The notes beneath the pieces are model-generated. The model worked only from the letters and a program-made list of their open reading frames with translations. It was not told where the DNA came from and ran no database searches. Positions 8,623 through 17,859 of a stretch of 64,000 bases of DNA are shown piece after piece. The first letter of the stretch is position 1, and the number at the start of each line of letters is the position of its first letter. The translations under genes and the position numbers were made by a program. Source of the stretch: a virus (taxonomy: Duplodnaviria; Caudoviricetes); IMG/VR virus record IMGVR_UViG_3300046517_001709, positions 424-64,423 of that record. One strand, 5' to 3'.

Positions 8623-10254
8623 GTGACCAACGCCGAGACCTCCGCAACGATCGCCACCCTGCCGCTGGACAGCCTGCACGCCCATCCGGATAACCCGCGG
8701 CTTCAGCTTCGCGAGGACGTCGTCGACCGGCTCGCCGCCGAGATCAAGCAGTCCGGTTTCGGACCGGAGCACGCGCTTCTCGTGCGGCCAATCGCCGACG
8801 GCCACCAGGTCATCTCCGGACACCACCGCGCCGAGGCCGCGCGCCGGGCCGGCTGCGGCGCCGTGCCGTGCTGGGTGAAAGACCTCGACGACGACGAGGC
8901 GTTCATGCAGCTGGTGCTGTCGAACACGCAGGGCGAACTGTCGCCGCTGGAGGAAGGCAAGCACCTCAGCAACTACGAGGCTGGAATCGGCGGCCGGGGA
9001 CAGGCGGGTGGACTGCGGGACTATGCGCGTCGCATCGGCAAAGACGAAAGCTCGCTACGGCAGCGACGTGATGCATATCGGGTCTACGAAAACTGCGGAC
9101 ATGTGTCCGCAGTTTCCGAGGCTGCCGATAGGATGCGACACCTTCACGAAATCTCAAAGGCCGACCGTCGGCTTTGGCCGATGCTCGTCGGGCACCTGAT
9201 TAAGCAGTCCTGGACGGTCGCCGACGCCAAGAGTGCCGTCGACAAGATCCGCAAGTTCGACATCCCGGACGGCTGCGAGACATGGCTCCCGATTGTAGAT
9301 GTCGTCTCGGCGTTCCTGAAGAACGACCGCTTCAATCCGGCCACGGTCGAAAGGCTCATCCAGGCCGGGCAGACGGTGCTGAACCTGACCGTTATGGACG
9401 GGACGGACGAAGACGCGGACCGGTTCCGGGCGTGGCTCGCGTCGAACTCCGGCCGCGACTCCTGGGATCACCGAAAGATCAGCGACTATCACGCGGCGCT
9501 AATCCGCGAGCTCGCGGATCGCCGTGCCGCGCAGATCCGCGAGGCGGCCGAGCTTGCGGAAGCCGAGGCCGAGGCGGCGATCGTGGTGCCCGACGGAATT
9601 GACCTGCGCCACGGCGACTTCCGCGAAGTCCTCGGCGACCTCGAAGGAAAGGTCGATGCCATCATCACCGATCCGCCGTACCCGGCGGAGTTCCTTTCGC
9701 TGTACGGCCGCCGCAACGGACACGAATCCGATGGGCTTGCCGACTTCATAGAAGACGGTCTCGCCGAGGTCGCATACCGCCTCCTCAAGCCCGGCGGCGT
9801 CTGTGCCGTCATGGTCGGACAGTCCTACCTGCCGGAAATCCTTGAGCGAATGCTCGACAACAGCGGGCTGACGTACCACTGGACGCTCGCCTACCTCACG
9901 CCCGGCGGCCAGGCGGTGCAACTGTGGCAGCGGAAGGTCAACACGTTCTGGAAGCCCGTCCTCATCTTCACCAAGGGCGAGTACGCCGGCGAGTGGATCG
10001 GCGACGTCACCAAATCCGACGTCAACGACAACGACAAGAGCCACCACCGCTGGGGCCAGTCCGAATCCGGCATGGCCGACCTCATCGGGCGCCTGACCAA
10101 GCCGGGCCATCTCGTGTGCGATCCGTTCCTCGGCGGCGGTACCACCGCAGTGGTGTGCCACGACATGTCCCGCAAGTTCGTCGGTTGTGACGTCGATGAG
10201 ACCGCCGTAAAGACCAGCGTCGGCCGGTTCGCCCGCGAGGAGGTCGGGCTGTGA
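8623..10254 (+). CDS. ParB N-terminal domain fused to N6A/N4C DNA methyltransferase
   Basis: HPDNPR..ISGHHR ParB core; TDPPY and DPFLGGGTT MTase motifs. Confidence 0.9.
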   Translation: MTNAETSATIATLPLDSLHAHPDNPRLQLREDVVDRLAAEIKQSGFGPEHALLVRPIADGHQVISGHHRAEAARRAGCGAVPCWVKDLDDDEAFMQLVLSNTQGELSPLEEGKHLSNYEAGIGGRGQAGGLRDYARRIGKDESSLRQRRDAYRVYENCGHVSAVSEAADRMRHLHEISKADRRLWPMLVGHLIKQSWTVADAKSAVDKIRKFDIPDGCETWLPIVDVVSAFLKNDRFNPATVERLIQAGQTVLNLTVMDGTDEDADRFRAWLASNSGRDSWDHRKISDYHAALIRELADRRAAQIREAAELAEAEAEAAIVVPDGIDLRHGDFREVLGDLEGKVDAIITDPPYPAEFLSLYGRRNGHESDGLADFIEDGLAEVAYRLLKPGGVCAVMVGQSYLPEILERMLDNSGLTYHWTLAYLTPGGQAVQLWQRKVNTFWKPVLIFTKGEYAGEWIGDVTKSDVNDNDKSHHRWGQSESGMADLIGRLTKPGHLVCDPFLGGGTTAVVCHDMSRKFVGCDVDETAVKTSVGRFAREEVGL

Positions 10255-10775
10255 TCGGCGGTTACGGCGCCAACGGGCGACGGCGCGCCGATGTCGAGAC
10301 CATCATGCGCGCCAATCTGGAACTCTCCGATCGGCATCGCGAGTGGGGCGATGACTGCCCGATGGTTGACCTGGATTACCTGCTCGTCGAGTACAACCAC
10401 GGGACCGCCGTCGCAATCGTTGACTACAAGTTCCATCGGGCGGTCCTGGACCGAACGAACCGGAAGACCAACAGCACGCTCAGCGGACTCTACGATGCCG
10501 CCGGGCGACAGCTCCCATTCTTCATAGCCCGCTACTGGCCCGACACTTGGGCCTTCCGTCTCAAGGCTGTCAACGGATCAGCCATCGAGTGGCTCGACGG
10601 CGTGCTTGCCGAGCTTGCGCCGGATCTGCGCGGTATGGAATGGATCGACCTCACCGAGCACCAATACGTCTACCTGCTCTACCGTCTCCGCAAGGATGTG
10701 CTCAGCCTCGGCGACCGCCGCTATCTGGCAAAGCTCAATCGGGAGCTGCCGCCGGCCGAAGCAGAGGCCGCCTGA
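10251..10775 (+). CDS. hypothetical protein, possible PD-(D/E)xK nuclease fold
   Basis: DLDYLLVEY....VAIVDYK; coupled to the MTase. Confidence 0.6.
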   Translation: MIGGYGANGRRRADVETIMRANLELSDRHREWGDDCPMVDLDYLLVEYNHGTAVAIVDYKFHRAVLDRTNRKTNSTLSGLYDAAGRQLPFFIARYWPDTWAFRLKAVNGSAIEWLDGVLAELAPDLRGMEWIDLTEHQYVYLLYRLRKDVLSLGDRRYLAKLNRELPPAEAEAA

Positions 10776-11728
10776 TGGCCCGCATCCGCTCGGTCAAGCC
10801 CGAGTTCTGGACGGACCGGTCCCTGGCCCGGCGACTCTCCCGCGACGCCCGCATGCTCTACATGGGCCTGTGGAACCTCGCCGACGAGCACGGCCGCCTC
10901 AACGGCGACTCCTACTACATCAAAGGCCAGATCTTCCCCTACGACGACGACCTGACCCCCGGCGCGATCGACGCACTCATCGACCAACTCGACGACGCCG
11001 GCAAGGCCATTCGATACGCCGACAGCGGCGATCCCTACCTCTTCCTGCCGAAGCTCGACCGACACCAGCGTCTCGAAGCCGACAAGGTGCCCTCAAGGCT
11101 TCCCGCACCACCCGAGGCGCTTCCGCATCCCCCGGCGCCACAGCCAAAGACAGTGAAAGCGCAGGCAGAAGACTCGGAACCGGACGGCGCAGATTCGTCC
11201 GAGTCTCGCGCAGATTCATCTGCGCCGCACGCAGACGAGAGTGCGCTTCTTTATGTAGCAGGGAGCATGGAGCATGGAGCATGGAGCATGGAGCATGTAC
11301 TGCCGCGCGCAGACATGACGCAGCCGCCCTTGCTCACGCTCGTTGAGGAACAGCCGCTCACTCCGCTCGCTGCGAAACCGGTCGATCTCTTCGATGACTT
11401 TTGGGACGTCTACCCCCGCAGCGTCGGCAAGGACAAAGCCCGCACGGCCTTCGCCACGGCCGTCAAACGAGGCGCCAACCCCGATGCCATCATCACCGCC
11501 GCAGCCTCGTTCGCCGCCCGCTGCGGGCTGGCGCGCCAGGAGACCAAGTTCATCCCGCACCCCACGACCTGGCTGAACCGCGGCAGCTGGAGCGACGACC
11601 TCGACGACGCCGTGCCCATCCCCGCAGCGCGGTCCGCACCGCAGCGCGAATCCGCCACCGATCGCGCCGTCGCCTCCGGTGACACGGCCCTGGCCGAGTT
11701 CCGGCGCATGACGGGACGCAGCGCATGA
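10775..11728 (+). CDS. phage replication initiator protein
   Basis: MARIRSVKPEFW N-terminus; FDDFWDVYPR..GK..A and HPTTWLN C-terminal domain. Confidence 0.85.
   Translation: MARIRSVKPEFWTDRSLARRLSRDARMLYMGLWNLADEHGRLNGDSYYIKGQIFPYDDDLTPGAIDALIDQLDDAGKAIRYADSGDPYLFLPKLDRHQRLEADKVPSRLPAPPEALPHPPAPQPKTVKAQAEDSEPDGADSSESRADSSAPHADESALLYVAGSMEHGAWSMEHVLPRADMTQPPLLTLVEEQPLTPLAAKPVDLFDDFWDVYPRSVGKDKARTAFATAVKRGANPDAIITAAASFAARCGLARQETKFIPHPTTWLNRGSWSDDLDDAVPIPAARSAPQRESATDRAVASGDTALAEFRRMTGRSA
11187..11314. repeat. iteron-like repeats, putative replication origin
   Basis: (GGAGCAT)x5 at 11262-11296; GCGCAGA at 11187, 11208 and 11307; palindrome 11208-11225; short AT-rich patch. Confidence 0.6.
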
Positions 11729-12465
11729 ACCACATCGAAACGATCACCGACGAGCAGACCCACGACCTGCTCAAGGCCGCCGCCATGCGCGACCAGCGCA
11801 CCATCGGCGCCACGGACATCGCCGCCTGGTACATGGACCTGAACGCCGCCCGCGTCAGCTACGCCGACGCCACGGCCGCCGTGAGCCGCTACTACGCCGA
11901 GATCTGGCCCCGCCAGGACCCGAACCAGCGGTTCCGCATCACCGCGCCGGTCCTCGTCGAGGTCGTCATCGCACTGCGGCGCGCACGCATCACCGAATCG
12001 AACTACGTCTTCGAGCCCCGCTACGGCGAGACCGGCCACCAGACCGCCGCCCGCATGCGGGGCGAGCTCGCCACCGTCGCCGACGGCCGGGAGGTGCCGC
12101 GAGCGATCGGGCACCCGCTGCGGCCCCGGCCCGTCGCCGAGCTGGTCGCCGGAGTCGCGGCCAAGCGGTCGCTGCCGCCGGAGATAGCCGCCGTGATCGA
12201 GAAGGTCCGGCCCCCGGCGAGATCGGTAACGTGCCCGGCCTGCCACGCCCGGCCGAACGTCGCGTGCTCGATCCCGGGAACGGTCAAGACCCGCGTGCGC
12301 CCCGGATTCATCCACCCGGCCCGCACCGCGTCCTGGGCGGTCGCTGTGGCCGGGTGCCCGGAGTGCCGGGCCGTCCCGGGCGAGGTGTGCCGCCAGCTCG
12401 GTGAGCCGTACCGCGACGGCGCGCACCACGTGCGCATCGAGGCTGCACGCGGAGGTGCGCCATGA
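11725..12465 (+). CDS. replication-associated protein with Zn-finger motifs
   Basis: Follows initiator; D.RT.G..D..AW N-terminus; two CPxC..C..H motifs. Confidence 0.7.
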   Translation: MNHIETITDEQTHDLLKAAAMRDQRTIGATDIAAWYMDLNAARVSYADATAAVSRYYAEIWPRQDPNQRFRITAPVLVEVVIALRRARITESNYVFEPRYGETGHQTAARMRGELATVADGREVPRAIGHPLRPRPVAELVAGVAAKRSLPPEIAAVIEKVRPPARSVTCPACHARPNVACSIPGTVKTRVRPGFIHPARTASWAVAVAGCPECRAVPGEVCRQLGEPYRDGAHHVRIEAARGGAP

Positions 12466-12707
12466 CCGCCCCGACGCCGCCCGCCTGCACCAACGTCCCG
12501 CCGTGTGACCACGGCTGGATTGCCGTTCCCGACCCGTTCGATCCGTCCGCCGAGCAGGCCATGCACTGCCCGTCATGCCATCCCGGCCGGCGCCAGCGGC
12601 CCGACGAGACGCGCGAGCAGTGGCAGGCGCGGCTCCAGCGCGAGGACGCCGCATGGGCCCGCAAGCGCACCACCTCGACATCCGAATCCGCAGGGAGCAG
12701 CACATGA
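12462..12707 (+). CDS. hypothetical Cys-rich protein
   Basis: CDHGW..CPSC; overlap. Confidence 0.65.
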   Translation: MTAPTPPACTNVPPCDHGWIAVPDPFDPSAEQAMHCPSCHPGRRQRPDETREQWQARLQREDAAWARKRTTSTSESAGSST

Positions 12708-12789
12708 CCGCCACCCAGCCCCGCTACTCGCGCGGCGCCGACATGGCCCGGCCCTGGACGCCGCACGACACGCTGCGCGGCGGTGTCGC

Positions 12790-13110
12790 ATGAGCGGCGC
12801 CGAGATCCCCGACGGCTACTACGCCGTGCCCGACCCGCGTGACGTCGACACCCTCACACTGTGGCACGTCACCGCCGACCACATCGCACCGCACCCGGCG
12901 AACGCCCGCTACGGCCCGGTGCTGCACCGCCGCGACATCCCGGCCGAACTGTCCAAGACCGCCGCCGAACGCTGGGTGCGCGCCTGGTTCGAGCAGGTGC
13001 GGCTGCCGTGGACCGAGGCCGTGCGCGCGGCCATCACCGCCGACCCGGAGGCTGCGCGGGCGCTGTACGCGGCCAGCGCCTACGCCCCGAACCAACCCGA
13101 AGGAGACTGA
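12790..13110 (+). CDS. hypothetical protein
   Basis: PDGYYAVPDP N-terminus; ATGA overlap. Confidence 0.65.
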   Translation: MSGAEIPDGYYAVPDPRDVDTLTLWHVTADHIAPHPANARYGPVLHRRDIPAELSKTAAERWVRAWFEQVRLPWTEAVRAAITADPEAARALYAASAYAPNQPEGD

Positions 13111-13112
13111 TC

Positions 13113-13742
13113 ATGGGCATCCACAACACCTCCGCCGACATGCGGGACCCCGCCAACCTGCTCGGCCTCCTGCTGGAGGGCATGAGTACCGGCAGCCCGA
13201 CCGGCTTCATCGAACGCCAGGAAGCCGCCGGACAGCGGCAGCTCGTCAACTCCGACCGGCTCCCCACCAACAAGGGCGACCGCGCCGAGTACGAGGCCCT
13301 CGGCTTCACCTTCGGCGACCCGGACCCGTCCGACATGATGTTCAGCCCCGCAACGCTGCCCACGGGCTGGAGGCGCGAGGGCAGCGACCACGCGATGTGG
13401 TCGTACATCCTGGACGGCCTCGGCCGCCGCCGGGTCTCGATCTTCTACAAGGCCGCGTTCTACGACCGCTCCGCGCACATGAGCCTGAACACCGTCTACG
13501 GGTACGTGCAGAGCTGCATCTGGGACAAGGCCGAGGTGGTCGCCGACGAGACGTGGGCGACCCGGCAGGCCGTGGCCGCCGCGCTGCGCGACTACATCGC
13601 GGGCCGCAACGAGGCCGCCGCGCTCTACGCCGGCCGGGACGGCGAGCACTACGCCACGCGACGTCAGGAGATCGCGGCCGAGATCGCGGCGGCCGAGGCG
13701 TACCTGGCCAAGACCGGCAGCCCGACCGCCGAAGGAGCCTGA
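13113..13742 (+). CDS. hypothetical protein
   Basis: GGAG RBS; IERQEAAGQRQL and IFYKAAFYDR phage-type motifs. Confidence 0.8.
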   Translation: MGIHNTSADMRDPANLLGLLLEGMSTGSPTGFIERQEAAGQRQLVNSDRLPTNKGDRAEYEALGFTFGDPDPSDMMFSPATLPTGWRREGSDHAMWSYILDGLGRRRVSIFYKAAFYDRSAHMSLNTVYGYVQSCIWDKAEVVADETWATRQAVAAALRDYIAGRNEAAALYAGRDGEHYATRRQEIAAEIAAAEAYLAKTGSPTAEGA

Positions 13743-13743
13743 G

Positions 13744-14205
13744 ATGCCCGAGCCCACCGAAGACCAGTTCGACGCCGACGCGCCGCTTCCGCTCTTCGAC
13801 TCCGAGCCGCGCAGGTTCCTGACCGCGTGGATCACCGCCGGCCAGCCCGACACGATCGCCGTCGCAGGCGGCCACAGGCTGACCGGATCGCAGTTGCACG
13901 AGCTCCTGGCCGACCGCGCGCGGATGGCGGCCGAGCTGGAGCAGGTGCGCGGAGAGCAGCGCGAGGAGTACGCATTGTGCAGATTCGGTTCCATCAGCGA
14001 TTTCGGCCTGATCAGCGATGACCCCCGCGAACAGTGGACCGGCCCGGGCGCGAACGGCGCGGCCGAAGCAGCAGCGTGGGGGTTGCGTGCTACACGCAAC
14101 GCCAACGTGACGGTCGTTCGTCGTTGCGTGACGTCTTGGCGCAAGGCCGCGTCCGCCGCCGAGACGGCCGCTCCGCGCCCCGCTGACGGCGACGATGCCG
14201 CATGA
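13744..14205 (+). CDS. hypothetical protein
   Basis: RBS; operon packing. Confidence 0.6.
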   Translation: MPEPTEDQFDADAPLPLFDSEPRRFLTAWITAGQPDTIAVAGGHRLTGSQLHELLADRARMAAELEQVRGEQREEYALCRFGSISDFGLISDDPREQWTGPGANGAAEAAAWGLRATRNANVTVVRRCVTSWRKAASAAETAAPRPADGDDAA

Positions 14206-14387
14206 CCGCCGAGCCCTGCCCGCCCGCCTACCGGACCATGCGCGAGGCCAAGCGCGCCGCGTGGAACGCCGCCGACCGCGCCGGCGTCAAGCGCACGGAG
14301 CCGTACAACTGCCGCCGGTGCGGGCAGTTCCACACGGTCGAGGCGCGCATGAGCGGCGAGACTGCGGGCGGCGGTGGCGGGCGGTGA
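14202..14387 (+). CDS. small Zn-ribbon protein
   Basis: YNCRRCGQFH. Confidence 0.65.
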   Translation: MTAEPCPPAYRTMREAKRAAWNAADRAGVKRTEPYNCRRCGQFHTVEARMSGETAGGGGGR

Positions 14388-14980
14388 CGTACGAGTCCAA
14401 GGAGCACCAGCGCCGGCTGAAGCATGCGGCCAGGCTGCGCCGTGCAAATTCCCTGTTCGTCACCCAGTCCGAACCCGAGGAGATCGTAGAGTCCGCCGCC
14501 GTGCCCGATCCCCTGTCTCTGACGACCGGCTGGCGTGCGGATGTCTACACCCGGGGCTTGAACCCCGCGAAGGAACGCCGGGGACCCCGCAAGAGCGACC
14601 AGGATCGAATCCTGGCCATCCAGGGCAACGTCTGCCTGTACTGCGGCATACCCATCGGTACCGTAATCGGCCGCGCCGTGCAGAAGCCCCACGGCTACAT
14701 CTGGCGGACCACGGTCATGCTGCGGCGGAACTGGGATCACTTCGCGCCGCACTCGTACATCGCTCAGAACCCGGGCGCGAACTGGGTCCTCGCTTGCCAC
14801 GTGTGCAACAACGCGAAGGCCTCGCGGATCTTCGCAACCGTCGACGATGCCCGCCGCGCAATCCTCCCGTCCCGCCAGGAGCGGGGCTACGAGAGCGTTC
14901 GTAGCGTGCTGAGCCGTCTTGCTACCGGCTCCAAGAGGGCGCCTGCGAAAGGGCCGCAGGAAGGCGCTCCGGGCCGATGA
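14384..14980 (+). CDS. HNH endonuclease
   Basis: CLYCG...DH..P...N.VLACHVCNNAK. Confidence 0.85.
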   Translation: MTYESKEHQRRLKHAARLRRANSLFVTQSEPEEIVESAAVPDPLSLTTGWRADVYTRGLNPAKERRGPRKSDQDRILAIQGNVCLYCGIPIGTVIGRAVQKPHGYIWRTTVMLRRNWDHFAPHSYIAQNPGANWVLACHVCNNAKASRIFATVDDARRAILPSRQERGYESVRSVLSRLATGSKRAPAKGPQEGAPGR

Positions 14981-15043
14981 CCGATCGGTCCTCGAAAAAG
15001 CCCTGACATCCCATCTGCCAGATTTACGCGAGAGGACGAACCC

Positions 15044-15397
15044 GTGAACGAGATCCACAACCCGGACACCTGTACCGATCAGACCCATACGCCGCTCGGC
15101 CAAGCCGAAGCGGCCCGCGACGGCGCCTACCGCGAGCGCGCCCACCTCGTTGCGCTCCTCGCCGCGCAGTACCCATCCTGGTGCGGCGTCGATGCGGACG
15201 CGCCCGACTGGCCCGTGGTGTATGTCGAACTGCCGACCGGCCAGTGCGGCTGGCACATCAGCCCCGACGACTGGGCCGAGCTGTTCGCGCACCTCAGCCT
15301 CGTCTGCGATGACGGCTGGGACGGCCACAGCACCGAGGAGAAGTACCGGCGCATCGACGAGTTCGCGCGGCAGCTGGCGAAGGCGGCTGGACGATGA
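15044..15397 (+). CDS. WDGH-motif phage protein
   Basis: LPTGQCGWH and WDGHSTEEKY. Confidence 0.8.
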   Translation: MNEIHNPDTCTDQTHTPLGQAEAARDGAYRERAHLVALLAAQYPSWCGVDADAPDWPVVYVELPTGQCGWHISPDDWAELFAHLSLVCDDGWDGHSTEEKYRRIDEFARQLAKAAGR

Positions 15398-15639
15398 GCC
15401 TCACTGACGACGCCCTGGACCAGCTCGGCAAGCTGTTCCGCGAGAACCAGGAACTCCGTGCGCGGCTGGCGGACATGGAAGCCATGCACGCGACCGAGCT
15501 CGAAAAGGCTTTCCGCAAGGGCTGGACCGGTTGCGCCGCCCACGCCCGCCGCGAGACCGACAGCCTCCTGGACGAAATGGCGCGGGACTTCATCGAGACC
15601 GTGGTGGCCAAGCGCGCAAGCGGGCAGGGCGGGCGATGA
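15394..15639 (+). CDS. hypothetical protein
   Basis: Overlap; coiled-coil character. Confidence 0.65.
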   Translation: MSLTDDALDQLGKLFRENQELRARLADMEAMHATELEKAFRKGWTGCAAHARRETDSLLDEMARDFIETVVAKRASGQGGR

Positions 15640-16022
15640 GCCTTCCTCCGCGTCCCCGATGGACCCGCGTCAACCGCTGGGAGTGGATCGTCACCACCAT
15701 CAAGGCCAGCGGCAACACCTGCGCCTACCGCGTCGTGAAGAACAACTTCAGCCGCGACGACCGGGGCCGCATGGGTCAAGGCCGCCGGCAGTGGTGGGTC
15801 ATCGAGGACGGCCAGGAGCCCTGGCTGCTGGCCGCCAGCATCGCTGACGCCGAGGACGAGTTTCTGCTGGCCTTCCACGGCTGGCGGCGCCCGTTCGGTT
15901 TCGTCGACGGCGACGGCACCCGGCCGATCTACGGCAAGGGCCAGCTCCGGCGCGAGCGCGCCGACATCCTCGCCGAGATCAAGGCTGCGTACCGGCAGCA
16001 GCGGAAGGCGGCGAAGCGATGA
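15636..16022 (+). CDS. hypothetical protein
   Basis: Overlap. Confidence 0.65.
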   Translation: MSLPPRPRWTRVNRWEWIVTTIKASGNTCAYRVVKNNFSRDDRGRMGQGRRQWWVIEDGQEPWLLAASIADAEDEFLLAFHGWRRPFGFVDGDGTRPIYGKGQLRRERADILAEIKAAYRQQRKAAKR

Positions 16023-16261
16023 CCGCCTACTGGCACGAGAGCTTCCCCGACCGGCTCGACGACGACTACGCAGGCCGCCCCGTCCCGCGCCACCAGCTGC
16101 CCGCCGGAGCCGTCTGCGTGCTCACCGCCGACGGTAGCCCGCCGGACGCCGGCGAGCTCGCCACGATCGAGCAGTTCAAGCGCTACCTGGCCGCCCGCCG
16201 CGCCGCAGGGCTCGGACCCCGCGACCCCGACACCCCCGAGACCGAATGGGACAACGTGTGA
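16019..16261 (+). CDS. hypothetical protein
   Basis: Overlap. Confidence 0.6.
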   Translation: MTAYWHESFPDRLDDDYAGRPVPRHQLPAGAVCVLTADGSPPDAGELATIEQFKRYLAARRAAGLGPRDPDTPETEWDNV

Positions 16262-16638
16262 TGACCGACCCGAAGAAGCGCACCTCGATCCAGCCGACCT
16301 ACGACAGCGCCAAGACCGGCCCCGCCTACCACGTCACCAGCCGCGTCGGCGACTGCACCGTGACGTTCGAGCGGCCGATCGGCGACCCGTTCGTCACACA
16401 CCGCGTCACTGTCGGCTGGCCCGATCTCCTGCGCGGGCTGCTGCGCCGCCGGCTGGACGTCACCGTCATCGTCGGCGGCGACCGTGACCGCGTCGAGGAC
16501 GTGCTCGAACTCGACGCCGAATGGCTCGGCCACAGAAGCACGCGTCGCGACGAGTGGGACGCGGGTATCCGCCGCGCCCTGGCCGGTGTCGCGGTCGACG
16601 AAGAGCTCGCCGAGATGACCGGCGGCGGCGATGACTGA
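16261..16638 (+). CDS. hypothetical protein
   Basis: TGATG overlap. Confidence 0.65.
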   Translation: MTDPKKRTSIQPTYDSAKTGPAYHVTSRVGDCTVTFERPIGDPFVTHRVTVGWPDLLRGLLRRRLDVTVIVGGDRDRVEDVLELDAEWLGHRSTRRDEWDAGIRRALAGVAVDEELAEMTGGGDD

Positions 16639-16665
16639 CCAGACCACCGCGACAGGAGACCGATC

Positions 16666-17145
16666 ATGGGAATGACCATCCAGGCCGAACTGCACTACGG
16701 TTACAACCTCGGCGACCCGCACAACGGAAGCGGCTGGGAGTTCGCCGAGGTCACCGACGAATACGCGGGAACGCCTGCGCTGCCCTGGTGGGACGAGGAC
16801 GGCGACAGCTTCGGCGAGCAGGCGATGACGCAGCTCCTCGCCGCCGCCGGGTTCACCGAGACCGACTGGCGCGCCGACGGCTACTACCAGCGGCGTCGCG
16901 AAGCCGAGGAGCGCCTCGGCGTTGAGTTCGAGAACACCGGATACGAGGCGTCCAGGACCCTGCTCGTCGCCAAGGGCACGGAACGTACCGCCTACACCTC
17001 CGAGGTGACCGAGCTCGATCCGGCCGCCATGGCGGCCGCGGCGACCGAAGCCATGGACGGCGACCTGGCCGAGGCGCTTCGAGTTCTCGGGATCACACCC
17101 GCCCAGACCAAGCCCGCGTGGCTGCTGACCTGCTACTACGGATGA
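16666..17145 (+). CDS. hypothetical protein
   Basis: AGGAG RBS; codon bias. Confidence 0.75.
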   Translation: MGMTIQAELHYGYNLGDPHNGSGWEFAEVTDEYAGTPALPWWDEDGDSFGEQAMTQLLAAAGFTETDWRADGYYQRRREAEERLGVEFENTGYEASRTLLVAKGTERTAYTSEVTELDPAAMAAAATEAMDGDLAEALRVLGITPAQTKPAWLLTCYYG

Positions 17146-17159
17146 GGCGGAACCGTCTA

Positions 17160-17579
17160 ATGACCACCGACCAGATCACCGTCCCGCCGAATGCCAAAGT
17201 CTTGCGTCCCGACGCCGTGTGGGACCGCCTCGACGCCGACACCGCGGCGTTCCTCGCAGCGCTGCCCGGCCCTGCGCGCATCCCGGTCGCACGGCTCGTC
17301 TGGGAGGCCGCCGTGCTCGGGTTCGCCAACGGCCAGCGCCACGCCCGCCTCGCCCCCGTCGAGCAGGCTGCGGACGCGGCGCACCCCGCGCGGGTCGTGG
17401 CCGGCGTCATGGACCTGGCGGCGCGGCTGCCCGGTGACGCCGACTTCGCCGCGCTGCACATGCTCGCCCACGCCGGGCAGCGTGCGCAGGCTGCGGCGCG
17501 GCATGCCGCCGACGAGCACTCGCGCCTCAGTCAGGAGCTCGACAACGCCGAGCAGGATGGAGGGAACTGCGATGGCTGA
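17160..17579 (+). CDS. hypothetical protein
   Basis: Operon packing. Confidence 0.6.
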   Translation: MTTDQITVPPNAKVLRPDAVWDRLDADTAAFLAALPGPARIPVARLVWEAAVLGFANGQRHARLAPVEQAADAAHPARVVAGVMDLAARLPGDADFAALHMLAHAGQRAQAAARHAADEHSRLSQELDNAEQDGGNCDG

Positions 17580-17859
17580 GATGAAGCCGACCGACGTGCC
17601 GGACGAGCTGGTCGTGGCGTTCGAGGCGGCCATTCAGCAATACGTCGCGACCGTGGGACCCCGCGTGGTGCCGTACCGCGAGGTCGCCCCGCACGTCCTC
17701 GCCGCCGTCCTGCCGCTGGTCCGCGAGCAGATCGCCGCCGAGATCGAAGCCCACGCCGAGTCGATCGGTTGGTACGTGGATAGCGATGCGTGGACCGATG
17801 CGCTCGACGTGATCCGGCAGGAGTCGTGGACGCAAACCGGAGGAGCCGACCATGCCTGA
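17572..17859 (+). CDS. hypothetical protein
   Basis: GGAGG RBS. Confidence 0.7.
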   Translation: MAEMKPTDVPDELVVAFEAAIQQYVATVGPRVVPYREVAPHVLAAVLPLVREQIAAEIEAHAESIGWYVDSDAWTDALDVIRQESWTQTGGADHA

